This document shows, in pieces, positions 18,087-25,569 of a stretch of 26,538 bases of DNA. The notes beneath the pieces were generated by a model. That model searched no databases and was not told where the DNA came from. It was given only the letters and a program-made list of their open reading frames with translations. Origin of the DNA: a virus (lineage: Duplodnaviria; Caudoviricetes); the IMG/VR virus record IMGVR_UViG_3300043772_001669, positions 1 through 26,538 of that record; one strand, written 5' to 3'. The first letter of the stretch is position 1, and every line of letters starts with the position of its first letter. A program made the translations under genes and the position numbers.

Positions 18087-18920
18087 ATGGAACTCACAGA
18101 GTATCACTATGTCTATTATTCCTATGAGGAATATGGTAGAGGATATTTTGGTAGTAGAAGTTGTAAATGCTTACCAAAAGAAGATATAAACTACTTCGGT
18201 TCATTCAAAGATAAAACATTCAAACCAACGCAAAAAATAATACTCAAAAGTGATTATGCTACAAGAGAAGAAGCATATGTTGATGAGATTATTTTACAGG
18301 AATATTATAAGGTTGTAGAAAATCCCCACTTTGCTAATAAGTCATATCAAACTTCTACTGGTTTTTCTGTATACGGAACAACATTATCTGAAGAACACAA
18401 AAGAAAAATAAGTGAAGCAAGGAAAGGTAAATCATATCCTAAAATGGAAGGTAAATCATATTCTAAAAGGAAAGGTAAATTATATTCTAAAGGAAAAGGT
18501 AAAAATCATTACAATTATGGTAAAACTCTTTCCGAAGAAACAAAGAAAAAAATTAGTAAAGCAACAAAAGGAAAAAAATTAACTATAGACCACAAGAAAA
18601 AAATTTCAGAATCTAATAAGGGGAAATCTAAAACTATTACCGAAAAAAGCAAGAACTCCGTCATTATCCGTGCTAAAGCAAGAACTGGAATTCCTGGACA
18701 TAAACATTCAGAAGAAACTAAAAGAAAAATAAGTGAAGCAACACAAGGAAAAGTTCCTTGGAATAAAGGAATTAAAAATCCAAATATTACTGGAGGAAAA
18801 AGTCCAGCAGCAAAAAAGATATATTATGATGGAACGATTTATGACTGCATATTGAATGCTATACAAATTACTAGCAAATCTTACTATCATATAAAAAAAT
18901 ATGGTACTATTGCCTCCTAA
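18087..18920 (+). mobile_element. Free-standing Seg-like GIY-YIG homing endonuclease with NUMOD3 repeats
   Basis: N-terminal YVY...YFGSR...YFGS...E...N catalytic-type motifs. Four NUMOD3-like units: LSEEHKRKISEA, LSEETKKKISKA, LTIDHKKKISES and HSEETKRKISEA. Located between gp48 and gp53. Confidence 0.8.
18424..18503 (+). repeat. 24-bp tandem repeat (~3.3 copies) within the endonuclease
   Basis: AAGGTAAA recurs at 18424, 18448, 18472 and 18496, encoding KGKSYPKM-EGKSYSKR-KGKLYSKG-KGK. Confidence 0.85.
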
Positions 18921-18973
18921 ATTTATTTTATTCATTTATTATATCTAAATACTCAAAAGACCTACCGTCTAAA

Positions 18974-19807
18974 ATGCCGTATTTTAGAGAACTTCCAAAT
19001 TTCCAGTATATTGCGAATTTTCCTAATCAGTCATTTAATGACGATTATGTTGTAACTAAAAATATATTCAAAAGAGCAAAATTAAGAGAAGATATTGCGA
19101 ATGCTATAACTGCTTTTGAATATTATCAAATTATTGATAATGAAAGACCAGACCAAGTTGCTGCAAAAGTTTACGACAACGCAGACCTTGATTGGGTAAT
19201 TTTAATCACAAATAATATCACAAATATCAATCAAAATTGGCCGTTAGATAATAATAGTTTTTATAAGTATCTTATAGATAAGTATGGAAGTGATGAAGAA
19301 CTTGCAAAACCTCATCACTATGAAACTGTTGAATTTAGAGACGAATATGAACGTGTTGTAGTTCCTGGTGGTTATCAAGTTGACTCAGGAAAACAAATAT
19401 CAGTTGCAACTGGTCCAGGACAATTTAATAGTTATAATTTAGGTGAATTTCCAAAAGAAGATACAGATGTTATTACAATCAATTTAAATCAATATCTTCC
19501 TGTTTATAATGGTACGACAGAAACCACACAGGCAATTATAAAAGACATTGGATATAATTTATCTTCATTAAAAATTAGTGGAAGACAAAATAAAATTGAT
19601 ATTAGTATCACAAATAGTTTAGATACTTGGCCTGCCAGTTGGGGAGGAGAAACCACAGTAAAAGGAAGAACTGAAAATACTGCCATTCAAGTTCTTGATA
19701 TTATATTTGAAAATGATATAGTCCTCAATCCATTATTATACGAAATTGTAGGCGAAGAAGTAGATGGTGCGATTGTCCCAGTATTTAAATTCAAACAACA
19801 ATTCTAA
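18974..19807 (+). CDS. gp53: Baseplate wedge gp53, N-terminal part plus an extra C-terminal domain
   Basis: YF..LPN, KNIFKR, ERPDQVA.KVY...LDWVILITNNI, WPL, KYG and HHYET motifs; CTAAATA at 18945-18951 upstream. Confidence 0.85.
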   Translation: MPYFRELPNFQYIANFPNQSFNDDYVVTKNIFKRAKLREDIANAITAFEYYQIIDNERPDQVAAKVYDNADLDWVILITNNITNINQNWPLDNNSFYKYLIDKYGSDEELAKPHHYETVEFRDEYERVVVPGGYQVDSGKQISVATGPGQFNSYNLGEFPKEDTDVITINLNQYLPVYNGTTETTQAIIKDIGYNLSSLKISGRQNKIDISITNSLDTWPASWGGETTVKGRTENTAIQVLDIIFENDIVLNPLLYEIVGEEVDGAIVPVFKFKQQF

Positions 19808-19824
19808 ATAAAATAAAAATTCTT

Positions 19825-20121
19825 ATGTCTCTTCAACCTCCCATAAATGGTGTAAAAATAAAAGTATCAAGAAACGTTGAAGCAATTTCTATTACTAATA
19901 CAAATAAAAATAAAGCATCATCTTCATCTATTAAAGAAGTAAGTAATTATGAATATGAAGTTTTGGAAAATGAAAAGAAAAGAAAAATATTAATTTTAAA
20001 ACCAGAATACCTAGCAGTCTTTATAGGTGATATGAAGAACATTATGAAGTATGCGGAATCTTCACAATATATAAATCAAAATACTAAACGTGGTTATAAT
20101 CCAAAAATTACTGGGGTGTGA
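19825..20121 (+). CDS. Baseplate wedge gp53, C-terminal part as a separate ORF
   Basis: VSNYEYEVLENEKKRKILILKPEYL...DMKNIMKY..SSQYI matches the usual C-terminal block of cyanophage gp53. Confidence 0.75.
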   Translation: MSLQPPINGVKIKVSRNVEAISITNTNKNKASSSSIKEVSNYEYEVLENEKKRKILILKPEYLAVFIGDMKNIMKYAESSQYINQNTKRGYNPKITGV

Positions 20122-20132
20122 ACCCTACAGAC

Positions 20133-20163
20133 AAAAAAATACCCCCGATTTTTTTCGGGGGTA
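20133..20163 (-). terminator. Rho-independent terminator after gp32
   Basis: 9-bp stem TACCCCCGA/TCGGGGGTA with a 6-nt loop, followed by T7 on the minus strand; lies between convergent operons. Confidence 0.85.
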
Positions 20164-20190
20164 AAATGGATTTAAAAGTTGATTTTGAAA

Positions 20191-21093
20191 TCAGTCTGCT
20201 GCTAAACGCGCAAAATATGCAAGTGTATCATCCCCATCCTCCTCGTCATCAGTAGAAACAGAAGAACGAACTGAAGTGGTTTCTTTCGCAGGACGTGAAA
20301 CTTCAACTTCTTCTTCTTCATCAATCGTCTCGGGGTCTTGGAACTTTGGAGTTCCTTTGAGACCAAGAGTATAATCAAGACGTTTCTTCAAATCTTCATA
20401 AGACTTGAACTCACCTGGAGCAACAAAGTCATTCAAGTTGTTGAGTGACTTATAGATTGTTTCCAGTTCATCATCGTCATCAAGAAGAGCAGAAGATGGT
20501 GCGAATTCAGATTTATCATAGTTCCAATAACCATCTTTCTTCACTAGTTTCAGTTTGAAGTTAGCACCCTTCCAAAAATCAAAGGGATTAATTGGTTCTT
20601 CATCATCAAACTCAGGTTGCATCGAAGCCATAATCTTATCAAAGATTTTCTTACCAAACTTATAAAGGAACACTCGTCCTTCATTTGCAGGATTCGCAGG
20701 ATCTTTTACAACATAAATGTTTGCGAAATAAGAAAGTTTACGTTTTTGTTTACGTGCTTCTTCTTTATCACGATCAGAACCAGAGTTCCAAAGAACACGG
20801 TTCTTTTCACATACAGGACAGTTTTGACCCAAAGTGGTGAGGCAATTATCAATCAACCAACCACCAGGACCTTGAAATGCGTGAGACCAAACCTGAGCCC
20901 AAGGCAAATCACAACCTTCGGGAGCAGGAAGAAAACGGATTACAGCAGAACCAGTTCCACCTTTATCCATTACAGGTTTCCAAAAACGATCATCATCTTT
21001 GGAACCACCATCGTTGAGTTTCTCAACTTGTTTGATGAGTTTCTCGGTCAAAGAACCCATCTTAGATTGCTTTTTAAGATCAGCAAAAGACAT
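20191..21093 (-). CDS. gp32: Single-stranded DNA-binding protein gp32
   Basis: DDRFWKP, AVIRFLPAP, HAFQGPGGW..NCLTT...CPVCE, KFGKKI and NYDKSEF motifs; acidic tail. Confidence 0.95.
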   Translation of the reverse strand: MSFADLKKQSKMGSLTEKLIKQVEKLNDGGSKDDDRFWKPVMDKGGTGSAVIRFLPAPEGCDLPWAQVWSHAFQGPGGWLIDNCLTTLGQNCPVCEKNRVLWNSGSDRDKEEARKQKRKLSYFANIYVVKDPANPANEGRVFLYKFGKKIFDKIMASMQPEFDDEEPINPFDFWKGANFKLKLVKKDGYWNYDKSEFAPSSALLDDDDELETIYKSLNNLNDFVAPGEFKSYEDLKKRLDYTLGLKGTPKFQDPETIDEEEEVEVSRPAKETTSVRSSVSTDDEEDGDDTLAYFARLAAD

Positions 21094-21095
21094 TC

Positions 21096-21136
21096 GTATT
21101 CTCCGTATTAGTAGTATTGGAAGTATTGTACGTATT
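21096..21136 (-). repeat. Five AATAC units at exact 9-nt period in the gene 32 leader
   Basis: Plus-strand GTATT at 21096, 21105, 21114, 21123 and 21132; the SD GGAG is the last spacer. Confidence 0.85.
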
Positions 21137-21137
21137 A

Positions 21138-21166
21138 AGTATAGCAGGTATGAGGTCAGTCGTCAA
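21138..21166 (-). promoter_or_regulatory. Sigma70-type (early) promoter for gene 32
   Basis: TTGACG-17 nt-TATACT with an extended -10 TG. Confidence 0.75.
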
Positions 21167-21488
21167 GGGTCTTTTCGAGGTTTTCGATCGACTCTTCCAT
21201 TTTCGCAAAGAACGTATTGATATTGTCTCCCGATTCCAATCCAAACATTTTAGCGGAATCAAGAATTCGATTCTTCATTTCTATTGCTTCTGGATCATTG
21301 GATAGAGATAATCTAAAAATAAAGACTTTTTGTTTTTCTAAAAAATTCTTCATTGTTTCTAGATGTTCCCTTTTTTTATCCGAACCAGAAAAAGGAAGTT
21401 CCAATAATTCATTGAAAAGTTTATGTTGAAGTTCATCAAGTTCAAATAAAGATTCTCTGACCTGTTCTGAATCAAAAAATCTGCTCAT
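21156..21488 (-). CDS. DUF1825-like conserved cyanophage protein
   Basis: MSRFFDSEQV...LEKQKVFIFRLSLSNDPEA; lies between gp59 and gp32. Confidence 0.65.
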   Translation of the reverse strand: MSRFFDSEQVRESLFELDELQHKLFNELLELPFSGSDKKREHLETMKNFLEKQKVFIFRLSLSNDPEAIEMKNRILDSAKMFGLESGDNINTFFAKMEESIENLEKTLDD

Positions 21489-22075
21489 AAAACAATCTCC
21501 TTGAGGACTTCTTTATACTTTGCTATATCAATATTTAGGAATGGTTGATATTTTCGAATTCTTAGACTGACGGTTTCCCACACTGGGTCTGTTAATTTCT
21601 TATCAAACTTTTTTACATAACCCAATATCATATCCAATATCACCATCGTTTCCAAACTGATTGCCTTTTGAAAATACTTTTTGAGAATTTCTGGATGTTG
21701 ATTATTTTTTATCTCAAACAGTTTTTCAAAACTATCTTTATGAATAAAGACTTCTGCTTCTGTTTTGAATAAGTAAAAAAGACTTTGGGATTTCTTTAAC
21801 CAATTTGTATAAATTTGTTCTCCATTTTCGATAATTTCACCAATCCATAAAGATTGTGTGTCATTACATTCAGCAAAATTTGCTACAAAATATGCTTTGA
21901 TTTCATCATCATTTTTCTGTCTGGAAGTTCGTTCAAAGAAATATCTATCCTTTCTCTTATGAAAAGAGTCCAGAGATGCTCTGGACTTTCCACAATACTT
22001 AAAGTAATCGTAATTTTCTTTTGTAAAATGATTTTTGAATGCTAAGTAAGTTTTATATACATCAAAAGGAGTCAC
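21485..22075 (-). CDS. gp59: Helicase loader gp59
   Basis: YKTYLAFKNHF...YDYFKY.GK..A...SF.KRKDRYFF; GTG start overlaps the gp33 stop. Confidence 0.85.
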   Translation of the reverse strand: MTPFDVYKTYLAFKNHFTKENYDYFKYCGKSRASLDSFHKRKDRYFFERTSRQKNDDEIKAYFVANFAECNDTQSLWIGEIIENGEQIYTNWLKKSQSLFYLFKTEAEVFIHKDSFEKLFEIKNNQHPEILKKYFQKAISLETMVILDMILGYVKKFDKKLTDPVWETVSLRIRKYQPFLNIDIAKYKEVLKEIVL

Positions 22076-22326
22076 AATGGCAATTTAGCACGAGTAGTTT
22101 TCTTCAAAAAATTTAATTCGGTCGCATCATTTTTAAGTTTCTCTTTCAATGGTTTAGAAACTAATTTAGATATAGTATCAATTTCAATGTTATTTTCTTC
22201 ACAATATGTGACGATTGCATCAATATAATTGATTTTAGATTCTTTAACAATATGTTCTATGTCCTGAGCAAACTTTTGAGGACATAGAAATTTGTTATTT
22301 AATTCTTCCTTGAGTTTATCATTCAT
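22072..22326 (-). CDS. gp33: Late transcription coactivator gp33
   Basis: Start reassigned to ATG 22326. FAQDIE...YIDAIV.YCEEN.IE...KL.SKPLKEKL..DA.ELNFL. Confidence 0.85.
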   Translation of the reverse strand: MNDKLKEELNNKFLCPQKFAQDIEHIVKESKINYIDAIVTYCEENNIEIDTISKLVSKPLKEKLKNDATELNFLKKTTRAKLPL

Positions 22327-22996
22327 ACTGCTGAAGTTTATCTCTAACAAATTCTCTAATATATTCGGTGAGTAACTTAATGTACTTTCCTTTGTCGTAT
22401 TCTTCATAAATTTCGCATTCTCCATTTTCACAAGCCATAATGATTACAAATTTCTTTACCATTATACCAGTAAGTTCATATAACATACAAGCATAAGCAG
22501 CACATTGAACGAAATAGTGTTCAATCCAATCTTTTGGTTTTGGTTTTTTCGAGGTCTTAAAGTCAATAACTGCTAATTCCCCATCGTATTCTGCAATACA
22601 ATCAACCGTTCCCGCAACACCTAAAACCTTACTATACAAAGAATTTTCAAGTGCGTGAATATTATTTATCTTATTTAAATAAGGTTTCGCAATTCCAAAT
22701 AACATTTGTGAAATTGGAAGAACGTCAGAGGGCAAACTCTCATTCTTCAAATACATTTCGGAAAGAGTATGCATATCAGTTCCACGACTAGTTGCTTGCT
22801 TTGTGATTTTATTTGCGGTTTCTTCTCCTACTTTGTTTCTCCAATCAGCAAAGAACTGACGGTTCTTATGACTGGTCACAGATGTAATTGAAGCAAAACG
22901 AAGCAATTCACCATTATCAGGAATTTTATAATAACGAACTCCATCAATAGTCTCCCTCTCAAGTTGAGGAAGTTCAATATCAATGAAATTAAACAT
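22319..22996 (-). CDS. PD-(D/E)XK (RecB-like) exonuclease
   Basis: SITSV, RGTDMH, AGTVDCIAEYDG, IDFKTS and Q..AY motifs; ATG overlaps the phoH stop (TGATG). Confidence 0.85.
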   Translation of the reverse strand: MFNFIDIELPQLERETIDGVRYYKIPDNGELLRFASITSVTSHKNRQFFADWRNKVGEETANKITKQATSRGTDMHTLSEMYLKNESLPSDVLPISQMLFGIAKPYLNKINNIHALENSLYSKVLGVAGTVDCIAEYDGELAVIDFKTSKKPKPKDWIEHYFVQCAAYACMLYELTGIMVKKFVIIMACENGECEIYEEYDKGKYIKLLTEYIREFVRDKLQQYE

Positions 22997-23754
22997 CACA
23001 ATCCAAGTTCCAATTTTGCAGTGATATACTCTTTTACAAGTCCAGAACGAACAATATCATCAATACCAAATTCAACTAAGTCAAATGAATCCATCTTTCT
23101 TAAAATATTCATAAAGTCAACAATACCATTTTTTTCATTTGACTTTACTAAATCAGTTTGAGTTGCATCTCCACAGAAACAAATTCTACTATTTTCACCA
23201 ACACGAGTGATGATGGAATCCAATTCGTGAAAATTAAGATTTTGATATTCATCAACAATGATAATTGAATTATCAAGAGTTGTGCCACGAATAAATGAGG
23301 TGCTCCAAAACTTTACAGTTTCTTGAGATTTGAGATTACCATAAAGCATCTCAAAGTCTGCATCACTTGGCATCTGGAACATATACTTTACCATATTCTT
23401 ATAAGGAATTTGATAAAGAGCAGACTTATCATCGTGGTCTCCTGGAAGAAAACCAATTTCACGAGTTGCTACAAGAGAACGAACAACATAAATTTGTTCG
23501 TATGGTGTTGTCTCGTCTAATACATCTCTAAGTGCATTATAAAGAGTAATAAACGTTTTACCTGTGCCAGCAGCACCATAGGCAACTAAATGCTTACCTT
23601 CTTCATATGCTGCAAAAAGTTTCTTTTGATTTTCTGTAAGGGGTTCAACATCAACCAAATAGTCAGCACTAATTGGTTTTCTTTTTTTCATTTGTTTTGC
23701 AGTCATCCCAATACCAATTGGATGATTGTCATTGCTTCTTCTTTTTCTTGCCAT
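22996..23754 (-). CDS. phoH: PhoH-like ATPase
   Basis: Walker A GAAGTGKT, REIGFLPG, FIRGTT, IIVDEYQN, GDATQTDL and DIVRSGLV. Confidence 0.95.
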   Translation of the reverse strand: MARKRRSNDNHPIGIGMTAKQMKKRKPISADYLVDVEPLTENQKKLFAAYEEGKHLVAYGAAGTGKTFITLYNALRDVLDETTPYEQIYVVRSLVATREIGFLPGDHDDKSALYQIPYKNMVKYMFQMPSDADFEMLYGNLKSQETVKFWSTSFIRGTTLDNSIIIVDEYQNLNFHELDSIITRVGENSRICFCGDATQTDLVKSNEKNGIVDFMNILRKMDSFDLVEFGIDDIVRSGLVKEYITAKLELGL

Positions 23755-23756
23755 AG

Positions 23757-23999
23757 TTAAATTGGTTTTACATTTGCACCTGGAACTTTCGAAACCTTGT
23801 GAAGGACATCATTCCATCCAGGGTTTCTTCTAACGTGTCTACTTAATAAATCACCAACTTCTCCTGGTGAGGCACAACCCTGAGACCAATCTCTCTGCCA
23901 TTCAGGGTTGTCTTTATACCACTGCATAATATCATTGACACTCATTTCAATAACTTTCGTTTCACCTGTTTCTTTATGAATAATGGGATATATTGCCAT
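23757..23999 (-). CDS. Conserved cyanophage hypothetical protein
   Basis: MAIYPIIHKETGE...W.KDNP.W...GW.DVL.KV.K.PG; CTAAATA at 24022-24028 upstream. Confidence 0.7.
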   Translation of the reverse strand: MAIYPIIHKETGETKVIEMSVNDIMQWYKDNPEWQRDWSQGCASPGEVGDLLSRHVRRNPGWNDVLHKVSKVPGANVKPI

Positions 24000-24029
24000 A
24001 AATTTTAATAATGTGTATGGTTATTTAGA

Positions 24030-24785
24030 TTAAGGACTCAAACGTGCTTTATGAAGACGCTTCTCTTCATAGTAACTAAAAATCTCAGGAACCCATTCTT
24101 TAATGATAGGGACCATTGCCTCACAAAGTGCCTGAATTTCTACCTGTGCGTCCAACTTTGCACGAAGATCGAGAAAGTGTAGCACAGCACGAAGAGAGAA
24201 TGAGACTACAAAGTTCTGACGAATATTTTGAGGAAGATAATCACGAAGATGTTCTTCTGCCATACCACGATTCTCATAACCCTCTGCATATCTCTCAGAT
24301 GCCGACAGACAGAACTTTAACTGCCTTTCGTAATCTTCCATAGTCCATTCATACTTATGTGCCTTGCGGTCTAAATAAAGACCAGGAGGACGCACATAAT
24401 AAACTTCCTGGGGTTTCAGTTCACCCTTGGCAACTTTTAGAACACGACGACCAGTATAACGTTGAGATTGAACATCAAAACTTACACCAACCCGATGAGT
24501 TCGTGCCTGAACCATTACATTATGAACAAATCCAACGCAGTCCAAAGTAATCGCAGGATGCTCCAATGGACCCCAGTGCCCACGTTCATTTGCAAGTAGT
24601 TGCTCAATAACCCATTTACCACACTCTTTTTCATTTGGTGGACACTTAGTATGAATAGGTTCTTCTGAGTAATCATTTTTACCTCCTTGCCAAACAAGAG
24701 TCTGTGGAAGTTGTGTTTGATTGAGCATCACAACTTTCATTTCTTTATCCAATTCAAGAAGGTCTTTTGCTTTAATTGGTTTCAT
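24030..24785 (-). CDS. thyX: Flavin-dependent thymidylate synthase ThyX
   Basis: GHWGPLEH, QARTHRVGVSFDVQSQRY, EEHLRDYLP and LDLRAKLDAQ.EI motifs. Confidence 0.9.
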   Translation of the reverse strand: MKPIKAKDLLELDKEMKVVMLNQTQLPQTLVWQGGKNDYSEEPIHTKCPPNEKECGKWVIEQLLANERGHWGPLEHPAITLDCVGFVHNVMVQARTHRVGVSFDVQSQRYTGRRVLKVAKGELKPQEVYYVRPPGLYLDRKAHKYEWTMEDYERQLKFCLSASERYAEGYENRGMAEEHLRDYLPQNIRQNFVVSFSLRAVLHFLDLRAKLDAQVEIQALCEAMVPIIKEWVPEIFSYYEEKRLHKARLSP

Positions 24786-24949
24786 TTCTTTCCAAATCCT
24801 TTTGATGTGAGTTTTTCCAATTCTACAAGTTCATTTTCCACAACTTTTAATTGTGATTTCATTTCCTTCAGTTGTTTGTCTGAATACAAATGTTCCTGTT
24901 TTATTAATCTTTTAAGTAGTTTAACTAATTGCCTCGATCTGCTAGTCAT
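24782..24949 (-). CDS. Small conserved hypothetical protein (55 aa)
   Basis: Start reassigned to ATG 24949 (MTSRSRQLVKLL...KGFGKK); overlaps both neighbours. Confidence 0.6.
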   Translation of the reverse strand: MTSRSRQLVKLLKRLIKQEHLYSDKQLKEMKSQLKVVENELVELEKLTSKGFGKK

Positions 24950-25097
24950 CATTATCCTCAAATACTTCATCGTAATCAATAATTTCTTGATTACTTTCTA
25001 CTTTATTTGCTTGAACGTTTGAATAAATTTCTACTTTTAAAGAATCCAAAAGCAGTTCCATATTCCGTATAATCAGTTTAACTTTTTCTCTATCCAT
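24942..25097 (-). CDS. Small hypothetical protein (51 aa) with acidic tail
   Basis: Not in the track. MDREKVKLIIRNMELLLDSLKVEIYSNVQANKVESNQEIIDYDEVFEDNDD*; GGGAG upstream. Confidence 0.7.
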   Translation of the reverse strand: MDREKVKLIIRNMELLLDSLKVEIYSNVQANKVESNQEIIDYDEVFEDNDD

Positions 25098-25118
25098 ATA
25101 ATAAAATTTTCTCCCTTT

Positions 25119-25147
25119 ATTTTAGCATAAAAAAAGGAGGGAATCAA
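25119..25147 (-). promoter_or_regulatory. Sigma70-type promoter overlapping the terminator
   Basis: TTGATT-17 nt-TAAAAT with an extended -10 TG; the -35 lies in the terminator loop. Confidence 0.55.
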
Positions 25148-25155
25148 TCCCTCCT
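25129..25155 (-). terminator. Rho-independent terminator closing the riboswitch-peptide unit
   Basis: Stem AGGAGGGA/TCCCTCCT with a 5-nt loop, followed by a T run on the minus strand. Confidence 0.8.
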
Positions 25156-25161
25156 GTTAAA

Positions 25162-25260
25162 TCAACGCATTGCCATTGCTAGTTTTGCTTGATGTTTACG
25201 TTGTTCTTTTTCTTTTTGTTGCTTGATTAAAACTAATTGCCAGTTGTTTTTAGTTTTCAC
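25162..25260 (-). CDS. Small basic helical peptide (32 aa)
   Basis: Not in the track. GTG start overlaps the upstream stop (GTGA) with GGAGG 10 nt upstream. MKTKNNWQLVLIKQQKEKEQRKHQAKLAMAMR*. Confidence 0.6.
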   Translation of the reverse strand: MKTKNNWQLVLIKQQKEKEQRKHQAKLAMAMR

Positions 25261-25391
25261 TTTTTCTCAACCTCCTTTACATACTTTACCCCACGATATT
25301 GTGCATTATATTGTTGAGGTTGTTGTTGATCTTGTTTTTGGTTACGTAATTCGGTGTCATAAGGGACACCACGATATACCACTTGTGACAT
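25257..25391 (-). CDS. DUF4278-like peptide (44 aa)
   Basis: Not in the track. MSQVVYRGVPYDTELRNQKQDQQQPQQYNAQYRGVKYVKEVEKK* has two YRGVxY motifs; strong SD AAGGAG upstream. Confidence 0.8.
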   Translation of the reverse strand: MSQVVYRGVPYDTELRNQKQDQQQPQQYNAQYRGVKYVKEVEKK

Positions 25392-25422
25392 TAGGTTTTC
25401 TCCTTAGTTGTTTAAATTAAAG

Positions 25423-25530
25423 AGCGTTCCTTCAGTCGGCGTTTGCGGGATTGAAATAATCCTGAACGATCCGTTCCGCGTCGGCTTACTTCCGTCTGTA
25501 TTTGCAATGTGCAAATAGCAAATGAACGTC
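25423..25530 (-). ncRNA. Glutamine riboswitch-like RNA (glnA/Downstream-peptide family), doubled aptamer
   Basis: Minus strand reads CGTTCA-[hairpin]-GACGGAAGTAAG...GGAACG-GAT-CGTTCA-[GGATT/AATCC]-CGCA...GAAGGAACGC. These are glnA-motif hallmark segments, upstream of a DUF4278-like ORF. Confidence 0.75.
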
Positions 25531-25534
25531 AGAT

Positions 25535-25541
25535 TATTTAG
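25535..25541 (-). promoter_or_regulatory. Late promoter (CTAAATA) immediately 5' of the riboswitch
   Basis: TAAATA core ends 6 nt before the first CGTTC. Confidence 0.55.
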
Positions 25542-25569
25542 TTAATTATTTTTGTAACATTTAATACCA

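Noticed and set aside
17965-18973. Group I intron around the endonuclease
   Set aside because: gp48 ends and gp53 begins normally, and the flanks (~120 and ~50 nt) are too short for an intron core.
19786-19825. Programmed frameshift joining the two gp53 halves
   Set aside because: The -1 frame is open only from 19789 and the overlap has no X XXY YYZ heptamer or downstream hairpin; the second ORF has its own ATG and a promoter-like motif.
20617-21111. 164-aa plus-strand ORF antisense to gp32
   Set aside because: Shadow of a highly conserved gene; non-ATG start and no recognisable motifs.
21096-21136. Repeat-spacer pattern as a mini-CRISPR
   Set aside because: 5-nt repeats with 4-nt spacers are far too short; better explained as a translational operator.
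22319-22996. Exonuclease as Cas4 / CRISPR-associated gene
   Set aside because: No four-Cys Fe-S arrangement, no array and no other cas genes; it is the usual phoH-adjacent phage nuclease.
25223-25420. 65-aa plus-strand ORF
   Set aside because: Antisense to the better-supported DUF4278-like and basic peptide ORFs, which have SD sites and a riboswitch-like leader.
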